Source: an uncultured Clostridia bacterium (GTDB lineage: Bacteria; Bacillota; Clostridia; TANB77; CAG-508). From it: DNA of 64,000 nt. Shown piece after piece: positions 54,216-64,000 of this stretch. How positions within the stretch are numbered: the first letter of the stretch is position 1; the number at the start of each line of letters is the position of its first letter. The notes under the pieces are model-generated. The model was not told the DNA's origin. It saw only the letters and a list, made by a program, of their open reading frames with translations, and made no database searches. The stretch spans positions 2,737 through 66,736 of the forward strand of contig CANREW010000002.1 in assembly GCA_947629765.1 (NCBI GenBank), read 5' to 3'. Position numbers and translations under genes: made by a program.

Positions 54216-54627
54216 ACATTACCGATAGGTAAGAGTAATAAAGAAAGGACGAAGGTAGATATGAGACGATGTAGACGCTTATATCATCATATCATGTTTT
54301 GATCTGAAATGCGCCGGCGGCAACGCCGCCAATGCCCCCGCAATCTGCGGAGGCCAGGGCAAGGGCTGCCATAGCCCATCTATCTCTTTCTGAGCAATTG
54401 CCATTAGGGCAAAATAAGATGTAGGAGGAAATACTGATGCTCAGGCGGTATAATGCTAGAGACCAGACCTAAGTAGACGGATCTCCCAAAAAACTGAGAG
54501 GAGAAAGATCATATGAGACCTGTAAAAAGCGGTTATCGGATTAGAGACCAGACTCCAACAAGGAAATAAAAAGTTGTTTCCTTGGATTCAAGAGAGCCGA
54601 CGTACTACGCCAGGCTCTCTTTTTTTG
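54216..54627 (+). ncRNA. Unclassified GC-rich structured RNA: either a 5' leader of the P-type ATPase or an independent ~410-nt RNA
   Basis: Bounded by a consensus promoter and an intrinsic terminator, with no ORF of 60 aa or more. It is strikingly G+C/CpG-rich against AT-rich flanks and has several hairpins (CGGCG-GCAA-CGCCG, CCCCCGCA..TGCGGAGG, GGGCT..AGCCC, TTGCC..GGCAA, CAAGGAAA..TTTCCTTG) and internal direct repeats. Confidence 0.5.
54591..54627 (+). terminator. Intrinsic terminator ending the GC-rich RNA, 130 nt upstream of the ATPase start
   Basis: AGAGAGCC-(14-nt loop)-GGCTCTCT followed by T7. Confidence 0.8.
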
Positions 54628-54756
54628 TGCCTTTTTATCCATTAAAACTGCATAATTAAAAATATAATGAACATATTAAAAATATTATTGATATAAATAT
54701 TTACTTGTGCTAAAATAATAGTTGTTAATTAGTCAAAGAAAAGGAGAAAATGCCTT

Positions 54757-57456
54757 ATGAATTATTTTAGCAAAAGCATAGAAGATGTAGAAAAAGAATT
54801 TGAGACAGATATAAAAAATGGTTTAAATAATGAAAGTGTTAAAGAAAAGATACAAAAATATGGATTTAATGAATTAGAAAGTAAGAAAAAAGAAAGTATT
54901 TTTGTTAAGTTTTTAAAACAGTTCAAAGATTTTATGATAATAATTTTGATAATAGCAGCAATTGTTTCTGCATTTATTGGTGTACAAGAAGGAGAAGGCT
55001 TTACAGACTCAATTATAATAATGGTTGTTGTAATAGTAAATGCAGTAATAGGTGTAATACAAGAAAATAAGGCGGAAAAATCACTAGAGGCACTCCAAAA
55101 ATTAAGTGCTTATGCTACAAAAGTTGTAAGAAATGGACAAGTCGAAGTGATTCCATCGAAAGATGTAGTACCAGGAGATATAGTTATTTTAGAAACAGGA
55201 GACTATGTTCCAGCAGATATTAGATTAGTAGAGGCTGTAAATTTAAAAATACAAGAATCAGCTCTTACTGGTGAATCAGTTCCAATAGAAAAAAATACAG
55301 AAAAAATAGATGACGAAACAATAGGAATTGGAGATAGGACAAACATTGCCTTTTCTTCAAGTATGGTAACTTATGGAAGAGGAAAAGGAATAGTAATAGG
55401 AACAGGAATGAATACAGAAGTTGGAAAAATTGCAGGCATGCTAAATGAAGTAGAAGAAGAGGAAACACCACTTCAAAAAAGATTAAATGGTTTAGGAAAA
55501 ACCTTAGGAATTGCTTGTCTCGTAATTTGTGCAGTTATATTTTTAATAGGACTTGTAGAAGGAAAAGAGCCAGTAGATATGTTCATAACTGCTGTTAGTC
55601 TTGCAGTTGCTGCAATTCCAGAAGGACTTGCTGCTGTATCTACAATAATTCTTGCAATAGGAATGCAAAGAATGGTAAAGTGCAATGCTATTGTAAAAAC
55701 ATTGCCAGCAGTAGAAACTTTAGGAAGCAGTACAGTTATTTGTTCAGATAAAACTGGAACACTTACACAAAATAAAATGGCAGTTAAAAAGATATTCTAT
55801 AACTCAAATTTGTATGATTTAGATAATGCACCTAAAAATAATGTCTTAGACAAAATAGTATATGCAAATATGCTTTGCAATGACACAAAAATAAATAATG
55901 AAAATGAACTAAGTGGAGATCCAACAGAAACAGCTTTAATAGATATGGGACTTAAATTACAATACGGAAAAGGGTTAATAAAAGAAAATATTAGAGTAAA
56001 AGAGTTGCCATTTGATTCAGAAAGAAAATTAATGACAACTGTAAATAAAGTTGGTGACAAATATATAGCATATACAAAAGGTGGAGTTGACGAACTTTTA
56101 GAAAGATGTACATCTTATGAAATGGAAGATGGTATTCATAATAATTTAGATGAATATAAAGTAGAAATATATAAGAAAAATCAAGAGATGGCAGAGAGTG
56201 CTCTTAGAGTTTTAGCGTGCGGATATAAAGTTTTGGATAAAGAACCAACAGACGAAGAAATGAAAGAGATAGAGAACAATCTAATCTATCTTGGAATGTG
56301 TGGTATGATTGATCCACCAAGAGAAGAAGTAAAAGCAGCTGTTCAAAAATGTAAGACCGCCGGAATAAAAACAGTAATGATTACTGGTGACCATAAAATA
56401 ACAGCGATAGCAATAGCAAAAGAACTTGGAATATTAGAAAATGAAGATGAAGCATTGACAGGAAAAGAATTAGACAATATTTCAGATGAAGAACTTACAA
56501 AAAATATAAGGAAATATAGTGTTTATGCTAGGGTTTCACCAGAGCATAAAGTAAGGATAGTAAAAGCTTGGAAAGCAAATGGCGAGATAGTATCAATGAC
56601 AGGTGATGGAGTAAATGATGCACCTGCATTAAAGACAGCAGATATAGGCTGTGCAATGGGAAAGGTAGGCACAGATGTTGCAAAAGAGGCAGCAGATGTA
56701 ATTTTGACAGACGATAACTTTGCAAGCATAGTAACAGCAGTAGAAGAAGGAAGAAGAATTTATGATAACATTTTAAAAGTTATCCAATTTTTGTTAGCAA
56801 GCAATATTGGAGAAATTATTGTATTATTCTTTGCAATACTACTTGCACCAGTTTTTGCAAATTGGTTTAATATAGTTAATGTAGGAAGTTTAACGCCACT
56901 TCTTGCAATTCACATACTTTGGGTAAACTTAGTTACAGACTCACTTCCAGCTTTGGCATTAGCAGTAGACCCAGCAGAAAAAAATATAATGAATAGAAAA
57001 CCAAGAGATAATTCAAAAGGAATTTTCACATCAGGAATGGTATATAGAGTAGTTTATCAAGGATTACTAATTGGAGTTATTACATTAATAGCATTTGGAA
57101 TTGGACTTAGCTCAACACAAGGATTACCAGAAGAACATAGAATAGAAATTGCACAAACAATGGCATTTACAGTGCTATCATTATCAGAACTTATACACAT
57201 ATTTAATATCAGGAATAATAAAGAATCAATATTTAAAACAGGAATATTTAATAATTCAAAATTAATTATGGCAGATATAATATGTGTAGCTTTAGTTCTT
57301 ATAATATTATTCGTGCCAGGATTAAGACAAGTATTTAGCCTAACAGAATTACCACAAGAAAATATTTTGGAAATAATTGCTTTGGTAATTTCTCCTATAA
57401 TAGTAGTTGAGGTATTAAAATTATTAAAATTAAATACACTAAAAAACGAGGAGTAA
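54757..57456 (+). CDS. Calcium-type cation-translocating P-type ATPase (P2, YloB/PMCA/SERCA-like)
   Basis: 899-aa ORF with 'ICSDKTGTLTQN' (phosphorylation site), 'MITGDH' and 'TGDGVNDAPALK'. Confidence 0.9.
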   Translation: MNYFSKSIEDVEKEFETDIKNGLNNESVKEKIQKYGFNELESKKKESIFVKFLKQFKDFMIIILIIAAIVSAFIGVQEGEGFTDSIIIMVVVIVNAVIGVIQENKAEKSLEALQKLSAYATKVVRNGQVEVIPSKDVVPGDIVILETGDYVPADIRLVEAVNLKIQESALTGESVPIEKNTEKIDDETIGIGDRTNIAFSSSMVTYGRGKGIVIGTGMNTEVGKIAGMLNEVEEEETPLQKRLNGLGKTLGIACLVICAVIFLIGLVEGKEPVDMFITAVSLAVAAIPEGLAAVSTIILAIGMQRMVKCNAIVKTLPAVETLGSSTVICSDKTGTLTQNKMAVKKIFYNSNLYDLDNAPKNNVLDKIVYANMLCNDTKINNENELSGDPTETALIDMGLKLQYGKGLIKENIRVKELPFDSERKLMTTVNKVGDKYIAYTKGGVDELLERCTSYEMEDGIHNNLDEYKVEIYKKNQEMAESALRVLACGYKVLDKEPTDEEMKEIENNLIYLGMCGMIDPPREEVKAAVQKCKTAGIKTVMITGDHKITAIAIAKELGILENEDEALTGKELDNISDEELTKNIRKYSVYARVSPEHKVRIVKAWKANGEIVSMTGDGVNDAPALKTADIGCAMGKVGTDVAKEAADVILTDDNFASIVTAVEEGRRIYDNILKVIQFLLASNIGEIIVLFFAILLAPVFANWFNIVNVGSLTPLLAIHILWVNLVTDSLPALALAVDPAEKNIMNRKPRDNSKGIFTSGMVYRVVYQGLLIGVITLIAFGIGLSSTQGLPEEHRIEIAQTMAFTVLSLSELIHIFNIRNNKESIFKTGIFNNSKLIMADIICVALVLIILFVPGLRQVFSLTELPQENILEIIALVISPIIVVEVLKLLKLNTLKNEE

Positions 57457-57462
57457 ATAACA

Positions 57463-58494
57463 ATGAAAATAATCGGGGAAGATGAAGAAATTGATCTCAA
57501 TTTGAATTTTGACAGAAAAAAATTTGCGAAGAAAATGCTCATTTTTGGAACTATCGCAATAGTTGTAATAGTAGCATCTTCAATAGCAGGAATACATGTT
57601 GCAAAATCATATAACAAGTATTTAATTGCAGAGTATTACGGAAATGAGATGGAAGAAAATGGAAACAGTGTAGAAAACAATTCAAAAAACATACAAGAAG
57701 TGAGAGTAGAAAATAATTTAGCAGAAGAAAGAATAAAAGAAAATCCAGCACAAAATCAAAAAGAAAGTCCAGAGGAAAGAGAAAAGAAAAAACAAGAGCA
57801 AGAACAAGAGGAAAAATTAAAAGTTCCTGTATATTCAGATGAAGCACAAAAAAGAGTAAATGATATATATAATTCAAATGATGGAGAAAAAATTGCATAT
57901 CTAACTTTTGATGATGGACCTTCTTCAAAAATAACTCCACAGATTTTGAAGATACTAGAAGAAGAAAACGTTAAAGCAACATTTTTTGTACTTGGAAATA
58001 TGGCAGAAAAAAATCCAGATATTCTTAAACAAGAATATGAGGCAGGACATTATATAGCAAACCATGGATATTCGCATGATTATAGTAAAATATATGTTTC
58101 AGAAAATTCAGTACTTGATGAATATAATCGTACAGAAAATATAATAAAAAGTATAATAGGAAATGAAAACTATTCAAGTCATCTTTTCCGTTTCCCAGGT
58201 GGAAGCCAAGGTGGAAAATATTCTAGCTTAAAAAATTCAGCTAAAACTTTACTTGCAAAAAATAATGTGGCATATATAAATTGGAATTGTTTGACAAATG
58301 ATGCAGTTGGAAAACCAACAAAAGAAAGTATAGTTGCAGATTTAAAGAAAACATCAAATGGAAAAGATAAAATTGTTGTACTAATGCACGATACAAACGC
58401 AAAACAATTAACAGTAGATACATTAAAAGAAAATATAGCATATCTAAGAAATGAAGGCTATGTATTTAAAAATTTTTATGATATAATGTATTAA
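57463..58494 (+). CDS. Membrane-anchored polysaccharide deacetylase (NodB homology domain)
   Basis: An N-terminal TM helix followed by 'IAYLTFDDGPS' and 'HYIANHGYSHD' NodB motifs. Confidence 0.85.
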   Translation: MKIIGEDEEIDLNLNFDRKKFAKKMLIFGTIAIVVIVASSIAGIHVAKSYNKYLIAEYYGNEMEENGNSVENNSKNIQEVRVENNLAEERIKENPAQNQKESPEEREKKKQEQEQEEKLKVPVYSDEAQKRVNDIYNSNDGEKIAYLTFDDGPSSKITPQILKILEEENVKATFFVLGNMAEKNPDILKQEYEAGHYIANHGYSHDYSKIYVSENSVLDEYNRTENIIKSIIGNENYSSHLFRFPGGSQGGKYSSLKNSAKTLLAKNNVAYINWNCLTNDAVGKPTKESIVADLKKTSNGKDKIVVLMHDTNAKQLTVDTLKENIAYLRNEGYVFKNFYDIMY

Positions 58495-58539
58495 ATTTGA
58501 AAAATAATCAGCATACTGCTTTGAAAGGAGAGGTAAATT

Positions 58540-59469
58540 ATGGGATTAGTAACCACTAAGGAAATGTTTGAAAAATCTATGAGAGAGCATTTTGCAATTG
58601 GAGCATTTAATGTAAATAATATGGAGATTGTACAAGGAGTTTTAGATGCAGCAAAAGAAGAAAATTCACCAGTAATCTTGCAAGCATCATCAAGTGCAAT
58701 AAAATATGCTAGAATAAATTATTTAATGAAAATGGTTGAAGCAGGAATAGAAGAAACTGATGTACCTGTCGCTTTGCACTTAGACCACGGCCCAGATTTT
58801 GAAACCTGCAAAATGTGCATAGATGCAGGATTTACATCTGTTATGATAGATGGTTCAAAATATGATTTTGAAGAAAATGTAGCTTTAACAAAAAAAGTTG
58901 TAGATTATGCTCACGAAAGAGGAGTAGTTGTAGAAGCAGAACTTGGAAAACTTGCAGGAATAGAAGATGATGTAAATGTTTCATCATCAGATGCTATGTT
59001 TACAGATCCAGATCAAGCCAAAGAATTTGTAGAAAGAACAGGCTGTGATTCACTAGCAATAGCTATAGGAACAAGTCACGGAGCATATAAATTTAAAGGA
59101 GATGCAAAACTCAGATTTGACATTTTACAAAAGGTAAAAGAAAAATTACCAAACACACCAATAGTTTTACATGGTGCATCTACTGTAATACCAGAGCTTG
59201 TAGAAACCTGCAATAAGTATGGCGGAAATATACCAGGAGCAAAAGGTGTACCAGATGAAATGTTAAGAGAGGCAAGCAAAAGCGGTGTTTCAAAAATAAA
59301 TGTAGATACAGATTTAAGACTTGCTATGACATCAGAAATAAGAAAAGTATTTGCGGAAGAACCAGAAGCATTTGATCCAAGAAAATATTTAACTCCAGCA
59401 AGAGAAAAAATAAAAGAAACAGTTAAGCATAAAATGAGAGATGTATTTTTATCAAGCGGAAAAGCATAG
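58540..59469 (+). CDS. fba: Class II fructose-1,6-bisphosphate aldolase
   Basis: 309-aa ORF with 'AIGAFNVNNME..PVILQ.S', 'LHLDHG' and 'AIGTSHGAYKF'. Confidence 0.93.
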   Translation: MGLVTTKEMFEKSMREHFAIGAFNVNNMEIVQGVLDAAKEENSPVILQASSSAIKYARINYLMKMVEAGIEETDVPVALHLDHGPDFETCKMCIDAGFTSVMIDGSKYDFEENVALTKKVVDYAHERGVVVEAELGKLAGIEDDVNVSSSDAMFTDPDQAKEFVERTGCDSLAIAIGTSHGAYKFKGDAKLRFDILQKVKEKLPNTPIVLHGASTVIPELVETCNKYGGNIPGAKGVPDEMLREASKSGVSKINVDTDLRLAMTSEIRKVFAEEPEAFDPRKYLTPAREKIKETVKHKMRDVFLSSGKA

Positions 59470-59485
59470 AAAAAAGGAAGATAAA

Positions 59486-60079
59486 ATGGAAAAAGAAAAG
59501 GTAAAAGGAATAATTGAAGCAATATTATTTGCAAGTGCAAGAATTGTAAGTTTAGATGAATTAGTTTTAAGTCTAGAAATAGATAAGGACGAGATTTCTA
59601 AAATAATTGAAGAAATGAAGGAAGAATACAAAAAGGATAATCGTGGTATAGAGCTTATAAGCATCAATAATGGATATACACTTGCTAGCAAAAAGAAACT
59701 ACACGAATATATTTATCAAATTATAGATAAGAGAGTAAAACCAAATTTATCACAGGCAGCTCTTGAAGTGCTTGCAATAATTGCATATAATCCAAGAATC
59801 TCTAGAGCAGAAATAGAAAATATAAGAGGAGTAAATTCTGATGCTTCTCTATATAGGCTAATGGAGCATAATTTAGTACAAGAAGCAGGAAAACTTGACC
59901 TTCCTGGAAAACCAATGTCATATGAAGTAACAGAGGAATTCCTAAAAAAGTTTGGACTAAATACTTTAAAAGATTTGCCAGAACTTCCTAAGTATAAAGT
60001 AGATGAGAATCAGCAAATTGTAATAGACGATTTAATTAAAGATGATGAGCAAACTGAAGAAATGCAAAAAAACGTATAA
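59486..60079 (+). CDS. scpB: Segregation and condensation protein B
   Basis: 'GIIEAILFAS..' and 'LSQAALEVLAIIAYNPRISRAEIENIRGV'. The ATG at 59486 has an AAGGAAG RBS, whereas the track's 59441 start overlaps fba. Confidence 0.88.
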   Translation: MEKEKVKGIIEAILFASARIVSLDELVLSLEIDKDEISKIIEEMKEEYKKDNRGIELISINNGYTLASKKKLHEYIYQIIDKRVKPNLSQAALEVLAIIAYNPRISRAEIENIRGVNSDASLYRLMEHNLVQEAGKLDLPGKPMSYEVTEEFLKKFGLNTLKDLPELPKYKVDENQQIVIDDLIKDDEQTEEMQKNV

Positions 60080-60160
60080 AAATGGTCTGAATTTTAATAA
60101 AGTTGCAAAAAAAGCAGAAATATGCTAAAATACAAATGCAAAAATATTAGGAGAGAAAAA

Positions 60161-60493
60161 GTGGAAATATTACAATTAATAGTTTTATTAATTTTTATAA
60201 TAATATCTTTAATTATATTTGCAGTAATGCAAATAAGAAGTGCTGGGATGAATATAAAAGATTTTGTTGACTTCATACAGGCAAACCAAGTATTAGATAG
60301 TCTTTATGAAGTGTCAAAAAAGTATGAAAAAATGTCACAAAATCAGCAGATAGTTTTTTTGATGGAAGCGGAAAAAGTATTCTCAGCTTTTGATAAAGTT
60401 CCAGATATATTATGGGAAGACGAATATCAGAAATATTCAAAAATACTTGATATATACAAAAATATCAAAATGATTCGATGGAACGAAAAGTAG
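60161..60493 (+). CDS. Hypothetical single-pass membrane protein
   Basis: GTG at 60161 follows AGGAGAG. The N-terminal TM helix is ILQLIVLLIFIIISLIIFAV. The alternative upstream ATG at 60122 lacks an RBS. Confidence 0.45.
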   Translation: MEILQLIVLLIFIIISLIIFAVMQIRSAGMNIKDFVDFIQANQVLDSLYEVSKKYEKMSQNQQIVFLMEAEKVFSAFDKVPDILWEDEYQKYSKILDIYKNIKMIRWNEK

Positions 60494-60541
60494 ACATAAA
60501 ATCATATAATAATATTATTACTTTTAACAGGAGGCAATGAT

Positions 60542-61801
60542 ATGGAAAATATAATTGCAATTGTAATGGCAGCCGGAAAAGGTACCAGAATGAAAACAAA
60601 CAAATCAAAAGTTGTACATAAGATATATGGGAAAGAACTAATTGCAAGAGTTGTTGAAACAGTTCAAAAATCAGGAATTAATGATATTATCGCTGTTGTA
60701 GGACATAAAAGAGATGATGTTCAAAATGTATTAGGAGACAGTGTAAAATATGCATATCAAGAAGAATTACTTGGAACAGGTCATACAGCTATGCAAGCAA
60801 TTCCTTATTTAAAAGGTAAAAAAGGAAAAGTAGTAGTATTATATGGAGATGTTCCACTTGTAAGACCAGAAACAATAAAAAAACTTATTGCAAAAAGCGT
60901 TGCAGAAAAAGAGAGCGCAACTATTTTAACTGCTTTATACAATAATCCAACAGGATATGGAAGAGTAGTAAGAGATGCATCAGGAAATGTAAAAGCAATA
61001 GTTGAAGAAAAAGATGCAACTGACGAAGAAAAAGCAATAACAGAGATAAATGGTGGAATATATTGTTTTGATATAGAAGAACTTATACTTGCACTAGAAA
61101 AAATAACTAGAAATAATGCCCAAGGAGAATATTATCTTACAGATGTGATAAAGATAATGAATGAAAAAGGATTAAAGACAGGGGCAATTATTGTAGAAGA
61201 TAATACAGAAATACTTGGCGTAAATGATAGAGCACAACTTGAAATGCTAACAAGAATACTTAGAATTAGAATAAATCAAAAACATCTAGAAAATGGTGTA
61301 ACAATAGAGGATATTAATAACACATATATATATGATGATGTAGAAATAGGAATGGACACAGTCATACATCCAAATACTACGATAAAATCGGGAGTAAAAA
61401 TTGGAGAAAACTGTGAGATAGGTCCCAATGCGTATATAAGAGAAGGATGCGAACTTGCTAATAATGTAAAAATAGGAAGTTTTGTTGAGATAAAAAAGGC
61501 AAAAATCGGAGAAGGAACAAAAGTACCACATCTATCATATATGGGAGATTGTGAGATAGGAAGTAAGACCAATATAGGATGCGGAACAATTACTTGCAAC
61601 TATGATGGATTTAAAAAGAGCAAAACTATTATAGGAGATAATGCATTTATTGGTTCAAACGTAAACTTTATAGCACCTGTAACAATTGGAGACAACGTAC
61701 TTGTTGCAGCAGGTTCTACAATAACAGATGATGTTCCAAAAGATAGTTTAAGTATAGCAAGACAAAGACAGATAAATAAAGAAGGATGGAATAAGAAATA
61801 A
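60542..61801 (+). CDS. glmU: Bifunctional UDP-N-acetylglucosamine pyrophosphorylase / GlcN-1-P N-acetyltransferase
   Basis: 'AIVMAAGKGTRMK' nucleotidyltransferase motif plus C-terminal left-handed beta-helix hexapeptide repeats. Confidence 0.93.
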   Translation: MENIIAIVMAAGKGTRMKTNKSKVVHKIYGKELIARVVETVQKSGINDIIAVVGHKRDDVQNVLGDSVKYAYQEELLGTGHTAMQAIPYLKGKKGKVVVLYGDVPLVRPETIKKLIAKSVAEKESATILTALYNNPTGYGRVVRDASGNVKAIVEEKDATDEEKAITEINGGIYCFDIEELILALEKITRNNAQGEYYLTDVIKIMNEKGLKTGAIIVEDNTEILGVNDRAQLEMLTRILRIRINQKHLENGVTIEDINNTYIYDDVEIGMDTVIHPNTTIKSGVKIGENCEIGPNAYIREGCELANNVKIGSFVEIKKAKIGEGTKVPHLSYMGDCEIGSKTNIGCGTITCNYDGFKKSKTIIGDNAFIGSNVNFIAPVTIGDNVLVAAGSTITDDVPKDSLSIARQRQINKEGWNKK

Positions 61802-61850
61802 AAGAAATAAAATAAAATGAGCAAAGTAATTGATGCTTTGCCCATTTTTC

Positions 61851-62570
61851 TTATATCCCAAGAATCTTTTTAGCCCTTTCTACATCATCATTTGTTGCAG
61901 GAGGAATATCACTTAATGGATATTCAAGATTTAAGTTTTCCCATTTAAATTTACCTAGGTCATGATACGGAAGAATTTCAACCTTTTCTACTGATTTTAG
62001 AGTAGATATAAATTCCTTTAATTTCAATAAATCATTTTCATCATCAGTTAGAGTAGGTACTAAAACTTGTCTTATCCACATAGGTTTATTTATACTACTT
62101 AAATATCGTGCAAATTCAAGCTCTAATTCATTTGAAACTCCAACCAATTCTTTAGATTTAGATGGAACAATATGTTTAATATCAAGCAAAAATAAATCAG
62201 TTAAATCAATTAATTTCTTCAAATTATCATTTATACGAAACATACCGGATGTATCTATCGCAGTATGTATGTTATATCTCTTTAATTCTGTAAAAAGAGA
62301 TATAAGAGAGTTAGTTTGTAATAAAGGCTCTCCACCAGAAATTGTAACACCTCCACCAGAAGGCTTAATATAGTTTTGATATTTAAGTATTTTATCTACA
62401 ATTTCGTCTATTGGGATAAGCATACCTTCATTTACATCCCATGAATCTCTATTTTGACAATATTTACATCTCAAAGTACAACCTTGAAGAAATATAACAT
62501 ATCTAATACCTGGACCATCTACTGTTCCAAAACTTTCAAAAGAGTGCACTCTTAAAAAATTATTTTCCAA
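61851..62570 (-). CDS. pflA: Pyruvate formate-lyase activating enzyme (radical SAM)
   Basis: 'GCTLRCKYCQN' CxxxCxxC cluster, directly downstream of pflB. Confidence 0.93.
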   Translation of the reverse strand: MENNFLRVHSFESFGTVDGPGIRYVIFLQGCTLRCKYCQNRDSWDVNEGMLIPIDEIVDKILKYQNYIKPSGGGVTISGGEPLLQTNSLISLFTELKRYNIHTAIDTSGMFRINDNLKKLIDLTDLFLLDIKHIVPSKSKELVGVSNELELEFARYLSSINKPMWIRQVLVPTLTDDENDLLKLKEFISTLKSVEKVEILPYHDLGKFKWENLNLEYPLSDIPPATNDDVERAKKILGI

Positions 62571-62582
62571 AGTAAACCTCCA

Positions 62583-64000
62583 TTAAATTCTTTCGTGAAT
62601 AGTCCTGTTTATTACATCTAATTGTTGCTCACGAGTAAGCTTTACAAAATTAACCGCATATCCAGAAACTCTAATAGTAAGTTGTGGATATTTTTCAGGA
62701 TGATTCATTGCATCAATTAAAAGAGATCTATCAAATACATTTACATTGATGTGATGTCCATCTTGCATAAAGAATCCATCAAGCATACTAATTAAATTAT
62801 TAACTTTTGACATATCATCTTTTCCAAGCGTATTAGGACTAATTGAAAAAGTGTATGAAATTCCATCTTCTGCATATTCATAAGGAAGTTTTGCAATGGT
62901 ATTCATAACAGCCAAAGCACCATTTGTATCTCTTCCGTGAAGTGGGTTTGCACCAGGACCAAATGGCTCTCCTGCTTTTCTTCCATCAGGAGTATTTCCA
63001 GTTGCCTTGCCATAAACAACATTTGAAGTTATAGTTAATACTGATAGTGTGTGTTTAGAATGTTTGTAAGTTGTATGCTTTTTAATTTTTCCCATAAATC
63101 TTTTAATAATATCAACTGCAATGCTATCTACTCTATCGTCATCATTACCATATTTAGGAAAGTCTCCTTCAACTTCATAATCAGTAGCAAGTCCAGTTTC
63201 GTCACGAATAACCTTAACTTTTGCATATTTTATTGCAGATAAAGAATCTGCAACAACTGAAAGACCAGCGATACCAGTTGCCATTGTTCTTAAAATATCT
63301 TCGTCATGAAGTGCCATCTCAATTGCTTCATAAGAATATTTATCATGCATATAGTGTATAGCGTTTAATGCTTTAATATATATTTTTGCAACATAGTCCA
63401 TCATTGTATCAAACTTGTCCATAACCTCGTCAAAGTCTAAGTATTCAGATGTTATTGGAGCAAATTTTGCAGTTACTTGTTTGCCAGAAAGCTCATCTCT
63501 ACCTCCGTTGATAGCATAAAGAAGTGTTTTAGCAAGGTTAGCACGCGCTCCAAAAAATTGCATTTGCTTTCCGATACGCATTGCAGATACACAGCAAGCT
63601 ATACCATAATCGTCTCCCCAAAATTTTCTCATTAAATCATCATTTTCATATTGTATAGAAGATGTCTTTATTGAAAGACTAGTTGTATATTCTTTGAAAC
63701 CTCTTGGTAATCTTACAGACCAAAGAATAGTCAAATTTGGTTCAGGTGCAGGACCTAAATTTTCAAGAGTATGCAAAACTCTAAAAGAATTTTTTGTAAC
63801 TAAGGTTCTTCCATCAATTCCCATACCACCAATGCTTTCTGTAACCCAAACTGGATCACCACTAAATAACTCGTTATATTCAGGAGTTCTCAAAAATCTA
63901 ACCATTCTAAGTTTCATAACAAAATGATCGATAATTTCTTGAGCTTCTTCTTCAGAAATTACATTATTATTTAAATCCCTTTCAAAATATATATCTAAGA
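62583..64000 (-). CDS. pflB: Pyruvate formate-lyase (formate C-acetyltransferase), N-terminal part lies beyond the window edge
   Basis: Glycyl-radical motif 'RVSGYAVNF' at the C-terminus and '[23 protein letters not shown]'. The frame stays open to nt 64000. Confidence 0.95.
   Translation of the reverse strand, partial: LDIYFERDLNNNVISEEEAQEIIDHFVMKLRMVRFLRTPEYNELFSGDPVWVTESIGGMGIDGRTLVTKNSFRVLHTLENLGPAPEPNLTILWSVRLPRGFKEYTTSLSIKTSSIQYENDDLMRKFWGDDYGIACCVSAMRIGKQMQFFGARANLAKTLLYAINGGRDELSGKQVTAKFAPITSEYLDFDEVMDKFDTMMDYVAKIYIKALNAIHYMHDKYSYEAIEMALHDEDILRTMATGIAGLSVVADSLSAIKYAKVKVIRDETGLATDYEVEGDFPKYGNDDDRVDSIAVDIIKRFMGKIKKHTTYKHSKHTLSVLTITSNVVYGKATGNTPDGRKAGEPFGPGANPLHGRDTNGALAVMNTIAKLPYEYAEDGISYTFSISPNTLGKDDMSKVNNLISMLDGFFMQDGHHINVNVFDRSLLIDAMNHPEKYPQLTIRVSGYAVNFVKLTREQQLDVINRTIHERI

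Noticed and set aside
54290-54420. A minus-strand proline-rich mini-ORF (MAIAQKEIDGLWQPLPWPPQIAGALAALPPAHF..) in the GC-rich segment, as an mgtL-like leader peptide.
   Set aside because: It is on the strand opposite to the promoter, terminator and ATPase gene, and has no SD.
54216-54627. Assigning the ATPase-upstream RNA to a known class (M-box, yybP-ykoY, cobalamin, glycine, c-di-AMP riboswitch, RNase P, SRP RNA or tmRNA).
   Set aside because: By eye the hallmark conserved cores are absent. Only a loose resemblance exists (GCCCCCGCAAnCTG and GAGACCnGnCC versus cobalamin-box strings). A proper covariance-model search is needed, so it is left unclassified.

Overview
AT-rich chromosome segment of an endospore-forming Firmicute, Clostridia-like because spo0A, spoIVA and bofA are all present. 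From 1 to 27 kb it is core: a partial ftsL-like gene, rpsL-rpsG-fusA-tuf, a duplicated insertion upstream of plsX-acpP, a NUDIX plus RelA/SpoT-like pair, adhE, purA/purB/purC-purE-purN, leuS, rsmA, glmS and yaaL-bofA. From about 27.3 to 41 kb, beside tRNA-Leu(TAG), lies an accessory island that looks like a Tn4451-type integrative mobilizable element. It carries a large serine recombinase, oriT-like hairpins, a MobV relaxase and TnpV. Its cargo is a four-gene operon of unknown function, a HAD/GNAT segment and a NERD-HRDC protein. Two roughly 0.4-kb direct repeats in the island each look like a type I toxin-antitoxin module (a 37-aa hydrophobic peptide with a convergent sRNA). From 41 to 64 kb come an LPXTG surface protein with acidic tandem repeats, spoIVA, spo0A, gatCAB, two half-size TSUP permeases, a Ca-type P-type ATPase, a polysaccharide deacetylase, fba, scpB, glmU and pflA-pflB. 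The ATPase is preceded by a roughly 410-nt GC-rich promoter-to-terminator RNA element that I could not match to any class I recall. The strongest observation is that every broken gene in the window (16 breaks in 10 genes, including plsX, adhE, purE, spo0A and gatA) is broken the same way. In each case one extra C sits directly 5' of an in-frame glycine codon, producing an in-frame CGG. This is either a systematic sequence artefact or window-wide +1 recoding at CGG. No CRISPR array, rRNA gene or IS transposase was seen.
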